A stretch of DNA of 64,000 nucleotides from Phoronis australis (Eukaryota > Animalia > Phoronida). Made by a program: the position numbers and the translations under genes. The notes beneath the pieces were generated by a model, which made no database searches, was not told where the DNA came from, and saw only the letters and a program-made list of their open reading frames with translations. Shown piece after piece: positions 47,701 through 56,479 of the stretch. The DNA is taken from the NCBI GenBank assembly GCA_002633005.1, contig NMRA01000139.1:814075-878074 (forward strand). The letters are read 5' to 3'. How positions within the stretch are numbered: the first letter of the stretch is position 1; every line of letters begins with the position of its first letter.

Positions 47701-49346
47701 ATTGACTATAATTTGTCTTGTTTACGTTTACTACACGTGTAACATGATATTAAAATAAAATGCTAATTTCCTTCATCCTGTTTCGTGTAGTCGTGCGTAA
47801 TTGCTGGAAAGTTCATTTTGTTTCCGCTTACTTACCCTGTAGCCGCGAAATTTCCCCAAGCTTTCATCATTTGCCTGCTTAGGACCTTTTCTTCGTCTGT
47901 TGCACCAGCATTGCCTCCAGCGTTGACGAGGTCTCCAAAGACGTACTGAATCTCGTCCCCATGTCCACCGAAAACCCAAGTAGGCCAAGGGAGTATCCTC
48001 ACAGCTGGAGTGTGGGTGAAGACATAAAAATACACCGATTTCTTCGCGTCTACAAGCCAGTCTGCAGTTTGCTCAATATCAAAAACCATGCGATCTGTTT
48101 GAGCTTCCAGATAGCTCACTTGATAGACGTTAGAGGTGATGTCTCGCGTATAAGTGTACACCACGGTGGCGAGTACTTTATCAGGGTTCAAAGGATAGAA
48201 CAACTTTATTGTTTTCCTGAGCTCGCTTTCAAACATTGATTTGGTCATAGTTACTTGGCCTTTCAGGACAGGTCCAGGAACGAAGCCTACACCGTCGTGT
48301 CTGTTGCCCCCGAGTAAAACATCTACGTCTCCTATCTGTCCAGTTTTGAACAAGAGACCGGGCTCGATTGGTAGGATATCGTCACCATAATAAGGAACGA
48401 TAGGGTTCTTTGCCAGTTTGGCAACGGCCCAAGCCTGAAATAGGGTACTTGACGGCAATTCCCGAAGACAGGCTAAAGTCTCCGTCGCCGTTGCATTGTC
48501 GCACCCAGCCTGCTTTGCAATTATTTCTGACGCCTTGTACCCTTCACCAACGGTCAGGAGGTGTTTGTAGTAGGCGGTGCCGCTTTGAAATATCGCTCTC
48601 TTAAATAAATTGCGAGCCGGAGGACTAACCGTCAGTAGCGCTGTACTTATGCTTCCTGCGCTGTTCCCGAATACGGTGACTCGATCGGGATCTCCTCCGA
48701 ATAAGCCAATGTTTAACTTTACCCAATTTAACGCTTCTATCTGATCTCGAAGGCCAATATTTGTCGAAGCACCAGACGTGTTTACACTAATAAAGCCGAA
48801 GATATTGACGCGGTAGTTGAACGTGACCACGACGACATTACCGTGCACGGCGAGCTGTGTGCCGTCTGAGATCATGCCTGTACCCCATTTGAAAGCCCCA
48901 CCGTGAATCCAAACCATCACAGGTAAAGTCCCAGAGGCGCCAGATTTCCCTGGGGAGAATATATTTAATGTTAAACAATCTTCACTCGTGCGATTGTGGT
49001 GGTAATACACATCCATGTATTCCTTGGTAAAAGCCACGGCTTCGAGCGACTGCACGCACATATCACCATAGCTTGTCGCGTCTCGGACTCCTTGCCATGA
49101 AGTCATTGGCTGTGGAGCTTTAAATCGCAAAGGTCCAACTGGAGGCGCAGCAAAAGGCACCCCGAGAAATTTCGTCACCGTGCTACTTTTCGACGACCCA
49201 TCGGTTACCACAGCGTCATCTGTAATGCCTTTGAGTTGACCAGATGATATGGTGACTACAGGGTACGTGATGGTACAGTCGAGAAACGGTGTCCTCGACA
49301 GCACTGCTAATAACACAAGGGCAGTAAGACGCTGTCTTGGCGTCAT
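14595..49346 (-). CDS. Tandem two-domain type-B carboxylesterase (cholinesterase/neuroligin superfamily), single-pass membrane protein, 1160 aa
   Basis: Exons 49346-47836, 42376-42105, 41577-41343, 21635-21496, 20799-20061, 19914-19708, 16859-16669, 14782-14595. All GT-AG, phases 2,1,2,1,2,2,1 compatible, total 3483 nt with no internal stop. Two full motif sets (GxPyAAPP, EDCLxLN, LPVMVWIHG, GxSxG, acid DG, His, NFAxxGNPN). Confidence 0.85.
16669..16859 (-). CDS. Carboxylesterase exon 7: C-terminus of domain 2
   Basis: NPNIGYTIPIVWPSFDSQEKSYLEL...MEFWNTLTP matches the canonical NPN...WPxy...YLxl...FW ending; not in the ORF track. Confidence 0.9.
17353..17502. mobile_element. Short PIF/Harbinger-like MITE, copy 2 of 3
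   Basis: Homologous to 7969-8125; CAG duplicated on both flanks. Confidence 0.8.
19708..19914 (-). CDS. Carboxylesterase exon 6: domain 2 catalytic His region
   Basis: KVYLYSFKHR...GNHLEEGYYVMG...IMSYWINFAKHG. Confidence 0.9.
20061..20799 (-). CDS. Carboxylesterase exon 5: domain 2 nucleophile elbow and acid
   Basis: NVALYDQQLAIDWV...FGGDPKKITLVGQSSG...IAQSG...IIGSNHHDG. Confidence 0.95.
21496..21635 (-). CDS. Carboxylesterase exon 4: domain 2 oxyanion loop
   Basis: LPVMVWIHGKAY...VIVVTINFRMGALG. Confidence 0.9.
21858..22095. mobile_element. Non-autonomous DNA transposon (MITE) with CAG(A/T)GGCGGATCTAC termini
   Basis: CAGAGGCGGATCTAC ... GTAGATCTGCCACTG inverted termini; TAACG flanks both ends. 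Superfamily uncertain (hAT-like termini but only a 5-bp duplication visible). Confidence 0.75.
22344..22868. mobile_element. Kolobok-like MITE
   Basis: TTAA|AGAGGTGTGGAACG ... CGTTTCCCATGCCTCT|TTAA: TTAA duplication with RR...YY imperfect termini; a related fragment starts near 60837. Confidence 0.6.
23999..37683 (+). CDS. Receptor B: signal peptide, F-type lectin, kringle-like module, TSP1, TM and basic disordered tail (about 723 aa), nested antisense in the carboxylesterase intron
   Basis: Exons 23999-24089 (MRFQWRQKIFEISTILLSILTVA..., the least certain), 26991-27230, 28228-28455, 30106-30294, 31353-31544, 34011-34134, 36200-36270, 36647-37683. All GT-AG, phases 1,1,1,1,1,2,1, total 2172 nt open. 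Confidence 0.85.
24285..24415. mobile_element. Short PIF/Harbinger-like MITE, copy 3 (inverted, more decayed)
   Basis: Reverse-complement similarity to 7969-8125 and 17353-17502. Confidence 0.7.
25598..26905 (+). mobile_element. Non-autonomous Kolobok-like DNA transposon with THAP-domain relic, copy 1
   Basis: Starts TTAA|AGGAGTATGCCCACC and is colinear with 45689-47459 over about 1.3 kb; frameshifted THAP (..ACPKY...RKWL...VCGRHFVDSDF). Right terminus decayed. Confidence 0.75.
26991..27230 (+). CDS. Receptor B exon: N-terminal half of F-type lectin domain
   Basis: NLAYKRKTHQ...KAVDGDMNGDFAADSCTHT...PEWTVSI...VMITNR: NLA / AVDG / SCTHT / ItNR fucolectin signatures. Confidence 0.9.
27308..27385. 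repeat. Short GC-rich MITE-like repeat (CATGGGYGGCGCA termini); relatives at about 39135-39278 and 41891-42033
   Basis: Inverted termini CATGGGCGCCGCA...TGCGCCACCCATG with shared internal GGGGCTAT and CACCATA motifs among copies. Confidence 0.6.
28228..28455 (+). CDS. Receptor B exon: C-terminal half of F-type lectin domain
   Basis: YRLNNFAVYTVQ...RHLCYHFRGVFPNGTRLLTCK...VEIKLL...YLTLCEVAIFDGNP; roughly 60 percent identical to 1729-1944 by hand alignment. Not in the ORF track. Confidence 0.9.
29791..30032. mobile_element. Decayed MITE with GGGYCCGTT termini
   Basis: GGGCCCGTTTCAACGAAAC ... GTTTCTTGGAACGGACCC imperfect inverted termini with internal TTAAGAC-type sub-repeats. Confidence 0.6.
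30106..30294 (+). CDS. Receptor B exon: degenerate 4-Cys kringle-like module
   Basis: GWYKPGT...VDVDYMGRPC...RHCHMV...PKC...EKCTIPP, homologous to 3084-3269. Confidence 0.8.
31353..31544 (+). CDS. Receptor B exon: thrombospondin type-1 repeat
   Basis: WGDWGACTATCRGATRQRNEVC...PCP...C...PC. Confidence 0.9.
34011..34134 (+). CDS. Receptor B exon: transmembrane segment
   Basis: GPHIRNDSSVEIWVPMIITASLLALVLGGAGCFLYIHDKKSR; shares VLGG.G.F with the receptor A TM exon; tttcag/GTAAGG boundaries. Confidence 0.85.
36647..37683 (+). CDS. Receptor B last exon: disordered tail with Arg/Lys/His/Ser tract
   Basis: Acceptor ttgcag at 36646 is in frame with ORF 36514-37683; preceded by the 71-bp exon 36200-36270. 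Confidence 0.8.
40195..40945. repeat. Dispersed repeat with ACCCACG-type subterminal motifs, copy 1
   Basis: Colinear similarity with about 53465-54112 over about 600 bp; inverted GGTCGTGG motifs at about 40905-40935; a fragment near 61890. Confidence 0.7.
41343..41577 (-). CDS. Carboxylesterase exon 3: N-terminal part of domain 2
   Basis: EYLGIPYAAPPVRWRAP...W.GVRNAT...C...SEDCLFLNVFVP. Confidence 0.9.
42105..42376 (-). CDS. Carboxylesterase exon 2: end of domain 1, linker and start of domain 2
   Basis: NPNLIDP...WMKY...YLEF...FWREVVP (domain end) runs without a stop into TVVHTKNGALLG (typical first strand of the next domain). Confidence 0.9.
45689..47459 (+). mobile_element. Non-autonomous Kolobok-like DNA transposon with THAP-domain relic, copy 2 (both ends present)
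   Basis: TTAA|AGGAGAATGCCACCC ... GGGTGGCATTCTCAT|TTAA (14/15 TIR, TTAA duplication). ORF 45849-46172 has CIVP...FF...RRWL...LRVCGRHF, a C2CH THAP pattern. Confidence 0.8.
46798..46970. repeat. 60-bp GC-rich tandem repeat, about 3 copies, inside Kolobok-like copy 2
   Basis: CCGGCCGCGACGGGCCTGATCGGGTTCCGAGCCACTGGCCGGGATAACAATTGATTCA.T repeated. Confidence 0.9.
47836..49346 (-). CDS. Carboxylesterase exon 1: signal peptide and most of domain 1 (predicted active)
   Basis: MTPRQRLTALVLLAVLS...; FLGVPFAAPP, EDCLTLN, WIHGGAF, FGNSAG, GGNRHDG, GHGDEIQYVFG; ends at the GG|GTAAGT donor. Confidence 0.95.
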
Positions 49347-51555
49347 GCCGTCAGTTTGCTTGATAACCAATACTTATGGTCGTCTTATAAAACTTACACT
49401 GTCTCGTATGCTTGCTGGGTAGCAGAAATCCAGTTTTCAATTGACACCTACAAGGATGTCGTTAAATGTACCTACTATGTCGTAGTAAATAACTCGTTGA
49501 CACACGTGACAGATCACAGAAAGAACAATCAATATACACCGGTAAGGTTCAGTGATTCACTGACGGGTGACCCTCGTTTCTCACCAGGTCACCTGAGGAA
49601 AACACCTGTTACGTCGTATTAAAGATTAGACAGATTAATGTTATAAACACTTGTTATTCTGGCAAGGCGTCGGTATAAATTTTACAATACCCGTAAATTT
49701 TACTAACAGTAATGAAAATGGTGTCGATTTTTAAAGGCTCTCGATACACTCGTTGGACCACTGACGTCATTCAATTGTAGCGGCCAGTAAATTGTTGAAA
49801 AATTCTTTTTCAAGTGCTGAATAAGCAGAGTAGGTCAGTGACCCGGACTGGCCGATACACTGAAGCGAGCCATTAGTTGAATGGTATGCCTGTTATCACT
49901 GCACATATTCCTTATACAAGTCCGTTCCAGCGTTGCGAGTGTGCTCAAGTGACATTCACCGGCAATTATTAAACGTGCTTGGCTCGCCTTAACCGCTGGT
50001 CAGCTCGCCATTGGCGAATTCTTAGCGGCACTGGCGATGGCAGAGCAAAGTCCATTCGCCAACTTCGCGAATACTTTTGCAGCTTGACAATAAAAAATAA
50101 TTTCAGGAAACCTACTACTGTGTCGTCTCACAGTCAGCTGGAATCAAGTCGCGCCGGTGTACCCCCGCCGTAACCCGGGGACTAGGAGGGAGCCTCTACC
50201 CACTGTTTTGGTCCTAATCGTACACCCGGAGAAACTGTTTGGCTAATAATTTTTGAAAATGGCTAAAAATTTTCAAATGCTTTAGCCATTTTGGCCAATA
50301 CCTTGAGAAGTCTAGCGCGGGCCTAGTTTTGCCAGCAATATGGCCTATTTTTGTGTTCCCGTGTGCCCGTAAAATGTGCCCCCCCCCCAAACCATATTTG
50401 TCGTTAGAGGGTGCAGTCATTGTCGCGAGAGACCAAACCAGGTAAAACAAAAACCATGCCCTCTGTCACAAGGCTGCGTCAGAGGAGAGGGCCGGGAAAG
50501 GGTTTGTAAGCCCAACTATCTCATCCAGTATGATTCAGCCTTGGATGTGTTTACATTTTATCACAAATATATTTTTAAGCAAAAACACTCGAATGATGAC
50601 ACCCACAGCATCTCTTCATCAATAACCAACTGAGGATTTATAACACAGTCTAGACCGCCTGTTTATAAGGAGAACAAATGGAATGTGAAATAAGGAGTGG
50701 TTTTGAAAATCGCCAGTTTAAAATAAAATTATTGTAACATTTAAAATTGTCTTTTAAAGTTATGTAGTCGTATCTTATCGATCAGTCTGTACATTTAATA
50801 AAAACTATGGGAGTTCACTTAGCAAAAGTTTAATATGTTTTCCGCAATTAGAAATTAAATTCCGTAGAATTTGATTTGGAGCTCATACCAAGATGTCACT
50901 AATGCGATCACGTGGTCTGGTGTTTGTGAAAAGTTAGCCTAAAAGAAGGCACATCCATGGCAGAAATCCGGTTTTAATAACATGACCAAATTTTGCATGA
51001 TATATAACTAAGTCTGAGATATTTGGTAGGACTTTGAAATCAATTTTGTTGACTTGAATTAAGTAAACCGAGAAGTCCTTCATTCAATGAATTCGAATTG
51101 GCCGTTCTACCACAAAGTAGGACACAAAGAAGACTTGACTTGTGATATCGCCATGCCATGGTCATTCATTGATGTCGTGTGATAGTATTCAATGCTGCAT
51201 TGTTTTTTCAGACTGTGCACATGTAACCTGTTTACTAAAAAATCAAATTGTTTAAGAATTAAACCGTGTCGTAAAACAAGTATTTTCAGGCCTAGTGCAA
51301 AAATATGTCGAACCCGTAAACAGTTACTGCTTTAAAACAATGCGTAATTTAGAAAATTTTCAAAAGGTTATTTTATTAGAAATGACAAAGTATCTAGTTT
51401 AACCATGGGTTTTGAGTCGTTTTCTTTTTGTTAATGTGCACACTCACTTCACGCCAATTATCGGCAAAAGCAAAATCGGAAATGATGACAATAGGTTTGA
51501 CTTCATTGTCATTCATTTTACATATATAGATATTTTTTATTTTTTCACTTAAAAG

Positions 51556-51685
51556 CTTCTCATTTGAACTGAGCCTTTCTCAAATAAATGAGCTTGGGAA
51601 AAATAAATTGTCAGCGCAATACCACATTAATTTAGTCTTCTTTCCAAGTTCGTTTATCTGAGAAAGGCTCATTCCAAATGAGAAG
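51556..51685. repeat. Imperfect inverted repeat (hairpin, about 50-bp arms), probable MITE remnant
   Basis: CTTCTCATTTGAACTGAGCCTTTCTCAAATAAA... pairs with ...TTTATCTGAGAAAGGCTCATTCCAAATGAGAAG. Confidence 0.75.
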
Positions 51686-53464
51686 GTGATCCTTGTTCTT
51701 TCTTTATGCAATGTTTACTTGTTGCTCAGATACCTTTTTTCTTAATTTGATTTGAACAATTAATCTCATCAGTAGTAGTTACCGATATAACCGTGAAATA
51801 ACAGTTTAAAAATTTAAAAGCTTACCTTGTAAAAAGTATAATCCAACACTTTTTGCATTGTACATGCCAATTTTCCCACCCTTGGCAGCCTTTCCCTCTT
51901 TTTGAATGTTTTCGCGCCAGCCCACTACACTGTTAAAATGTACAGCTTTTTGACACAGGGCGACACTGACATATTACCATAATTTCCCAAGTGACATAGC
52001 ACTTTTCTCCCCTTCGACTAAAAAGAAAAAAAACGGGCCGTTTCATGAATTTTTGAGGAACTCACCTTGCCCATTTGACACCCAGATGCCCCCTTTTTAT
52101 CGGAATGTCCCGTTCAGTTGCCCATTTTTTTCATTTCCCAAATTTGACGTTCCAGCTTCCAGAGAGCACTTCGTGAAAAATGCGTTAGGAAACCAGTGGT
52201 CGCTGTACATGTAGTTAGACAATGCTTCTTTACATCAATCGGTGTCACCGTTCTCCTTTTATAGCCCAAAGTTGATTTAAGCTCACATCGTGAGGTACAG
52301 ATCTATTATCACATTAGCGATGTATGCAGAACAATGAAATATTGCTGCATGATGCTTCAGAAAGCTATTCGACCACCCGGCGTGTCTGTGGCTCTAATTG
52401 TCACGAGAGCACCAAAAGGTCGACTCTAGGGTCACTGTTTCAGATCTTGAAAAAATTGCAATTAAAGTTTTTGAACATATCTCACCAGGCTGTATGAACA
52501 CATCCTGCTGAGATATGTCCAAAAACTTCATTTGATTTTGGGCCATTGTATTTTAAGTCAGAGAGTCATGAATATTTTGGCCCAAAATAGCCAATTTCGT
52601 TTCAAAATGGTTCAGTTAGTGAAATTGTTTTAAAACGACTGACGAGAACGGCAAAAATAAAACGTTATAATGTTGATGTAGACATTGAACCTCTCTACCA
52701 GAAGACAATCTTCGCTTTGAGGAGTATCTTTTACCCTTTACTGGAGAGACATAATTCGGAAATTTTTGCCTAATTGTGTGTATTTGATTATTAGCCATTT
52801 TTGAGGTGCTTTTGGGACCAGTTTGCGTGGTGCTGGTGATTTTCAATAATATTTGCCATCAGTTTGGTGTTTGAACAAGAAAATAAAAGTGGATTTTGTT
52901 TGTTTTCAAGCAACACGAGATAGAACGGACATACCATAAAGCATTTTACAGTACCTGACTACGGAAGTACGTAGTTGTATCGCGTAAACCTCATAAAAGG
53001 GCTTCATTAATTTTTGCAAATATGATTCTATGATCAGTGGACTTCAATTTTTAGATAGTTCTTGCTACTGGTAGCCTCCTGGTGGCAGTTTCTATAACTA
53101 GATTCCTTTGGTGAAATTGCAAGGAATTTCGCCAAACCGGTCCGTCGTAGAAACGATGGCACATGCATGTTTGAAACGACGTTGCGACATCAATCAAACA
53201 TTCCTTACGATATAATGTTTTCTGTCTACTATTCTACTTGACGATGACTTCGATTAATATCGAAACGCCGCTTACATGCTGCACTCTAGCGTCATGTTTG
53301 TTTTCCACTTCTTGCTTCAAATTTGGCCAAAACTAATGTTATTTACATTCATGTTTCGAATGATTCTAACCTGTGCTGCCCCACCAGTGACAGGTTTAAT
53401 CATTTTAGAAACCGTTATTATTTCCAACCCCGTCAACGGATTGTTCTAAAACCCTCTCGACCTC

Positions 53465-54112
53465 TCTAACCCACACCCAACGACCCCTTCAACCCACAAT
53501 CCCAAACGACCCACAACCGCCGAGACCCACTACCTGCGTCAACAGATGTGTCTGCTATTTTTTATATATTCCATAATCACATTACGTTAGTGAGTGACTT
53601 TCCCATAATTCTTAACTACAAGTACACGCAAATCTGCTCTGGCTCAACTTTGGTAGTTAAAACGTAAAGTTGCGTATGAACATGATATGAAATAGTGAAC
53701 TGTGAGCCTTCCACGCGCGGCTAACAATCGCCCTGTTCTACTAAAATTAGGAAGAGAGTACGTTAACGTGAATGGACAGCCACAATTTCACATTTTACTT
53801 AATATTTGCTTTCTGTTGTGTACTCGTTTACATTATACTCCAGGTAACGATGAGATACTTTTTAGTTAACAGCTTTTCAAGATGTATTTACTGAAGAAAT
53901 TAAATATTCGTCGATTCTTCGCCTTCTCCCAAAAGCTTGGATCTACCTCACGTAACGCTGATGAGCACACGGAACGACATTTAAAACGTTAGTAGGTCAT
54001 CGATATGATTTGATCGCATTGTTTTTTTTCTTCGTTTTTGAGGGCTTTCAATCTTTCCGAATCGACTTTCTTAATTGCGAAAAACAGGTAAAACCCAGTC
54101 CAGTTCACGACC
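53465..54112. repeat. Dispersed repeat with ACCCACG-type motifs, copy 2
   Basis: Colinear with 40195-40845 (e.g. GTACGTTAACGT.AATGGACA, GATACTTTTTAG.TAACAG, TATTTACTGAAGAAATT). Confidence 0.7.
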
Positions 54113-56404
54113 ATGGTTTTACATGTACGTGATGCTAATTGTTTAATAGATTCCACCCAATACTGATTATGTCACTTTGTCACGCTCCCATAACATACAA
54201 AAAGGCCATCGCTTAAAAACATTGCACAAGTTTCAAACTGTCACTGTAGCTGAGGCTTACTCCCACCGAAGTGATCTCAGAACAAATTAATTTGATCCCA
54301 ACAACCTATTGCCGCAATAAAGTAACATAGAATTTCAGCAATACAGGCTAAACCAAAAGTATGAAAGTGGACATGCGTAATTGTTACCATGGCGACTGAG
54401 TAGCATAAGGTATTCCTCGTAAGTTAGAATTTTACAAGCTTGATAATAAAACTATGAAGTTATGAGGCTGTAGGTTCCAAGTAAGCTTCACACGTCATAA
54501 TCCAAATGTAACCTATTTCTTTAATCATGTGTTAAAGATTTTTCACATTTTGTTGCTTTGATACTATCCTGAAGTAGAAAGTAACGAGTTATAAAACACG
54601 AATCAAAAACACACTTTATGCATAACATTTTGAAAAAACATGTGCCCTTATTACGCATAATCATAGCTTGAGGAAAAATTGACATTCGAACAAAAAACGA
54701 TTTCAAAAGAATTTCGACTACATCTAGCGGAGTGCAAATTCAACTGAATGGGAACTGACCTTTGGAATAAGTGGAATATTCAAAATAATTATGGCACAAA
54801 CATGGGTAAATGGTACAAAACTGTTCATGTACCAGTGTGTCTATAAATGTATTATAGTTAAAACTGCACTGATGACAATGTACATGTAGACGGTTGAAGA
54901 GGCCTTTCAATTCGACGAAAACCACCATTTTGTCCAACGTGAATTGTCAGCAATTTGATCACACAATAAATTACATCTGCGTGTCCAAAATGGAATATAA
55001 GGATATGGGTCACTAGATTTTGGAGTTTTCAATTGATATTTGTAAAAATAATGTTTAGATAGCCGACCAGACCAAAAAAGAGTCAAAATTTCACACGTTT
55101 ATAGCGAAAACTTTTGAACTCACCATGCGATGGTGATAATGTTTTCATTTTTAAGATTCAGACATCGTGATGCCGTTTGTCTTCAAACTGAAAAAAAAAC
55201 GGATTCGGGATATTTTATTGAAAAGCACATGAATTATTTATGCCAGGGTGAAATTTGTCTTTAAGGGCGTCAACCGTGTTGGGTTGTGGCACAGGGCAAA
55301 TATGGCATCACCTGTGCCAGCGTAGCCTCTGACCCTAAGTCAGTTATGAACTCTCAAGGGGTGAAATAGTGCGTGGTTAAGTTAGACAACGTTATGGTCT
55401 CTAAAATGTTGATTCTCATGAATTATTTGTTCTTGAAACTATTTTAAATGTAAGGAAGTTATAAACACATTCATTTAAAAGTGTAGAATACGCCATATTG
55501 AGTCGTTTCTTGAACAATAAATAAAAAAATCCATTCAAGAAATTTCTTAAATTTGGTTACACATCCAAGATCTATCCATTAACTATATCCTGTGATGTCC
55601 ACGGCCTCTCAAATTGGCTTGCAGAAGCACTTAAGTGACACCCACTTTCCACACTACAAAAACTTCGGACTTATCTCTCCTTTCACTTGATGAATGCAGC
55701 GAAATTATTAACATCAACGTTGATTGGTGGTCCTGATGTCCGACTTCATAATCCCAGTATGTTTTTTATCTAATTGTATCCAATATTCCTGTTTTATATT
55801 GGAATATTGCTGTTTACAGCATGCAAAAACGTGTAATTTTCTTCGTGAACTTTGAAGGCCTATAGGTAAAAATTAAGAGGTCAACAATTGCATAATTGGT
55901 GATTTTGCATCAGAGCCACACCACGATCGCATACACAAAGCTAAGGTGAATCTCAAACATGACCCTTAAAGGATATTTTTTTAATTTTCTCGTGAAAAAA
56001 CAACGTTTTTCTACCTCCGCCAACGAGAATAATTAATCGTGAGTGACGGGTATCTTTCCACATTCATGTACACATATATGCATTGTACATGGCATATACT
56101 CCAAAATAGCAAGGGCATTCGGTGTTCAAATGCCGCACAGCAAACAAATAATTTAAAAGCTCATCACAATCCTGTTTGATTTATAAATTAACACACCAAT
56201 TTCCTGATAATTATTCTAATATCAAGCTGTGATCTATTATTATTATTCTCTGGAAATTAATCGTCTATGTACTGCAGCGGACATAATGCATTAGACAATA
56301 CTCGCAGTTTGGACTAATGTCCCTGAACTTGATGTTAATGAATGCACAATTTAACACAAATCCTAGTAATATCGCAATTAAGTAATCAAATGCAATTTGT
56401 GATG

Positions 56405-56414
56405 TATTTATAAG
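56405..56414 (+). promoter_or_regulatory. Candidate TATA box of the 12-Cys secreted protein gene
   Basis: TATTTATAAG about 70 bp upstream of the ATG at 56480. Confidence 0.45.
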
Positions 56415-56479
56415 GAGTCACCCCACTTTACCATACTTCTCAAAATCCAATTGTTTCGCCTGGTTTAGAATAGAGCATC

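Noticed and set aside
47832-49370. Naming the esterase as acetylcholinesterase or neuroligin
   Set aside because: It lacks the FGESAG context typical of AChE and retains a catalytic Ser unlike neuroligins; orthology cannot be assigned by eye, so no gene symbol is given.
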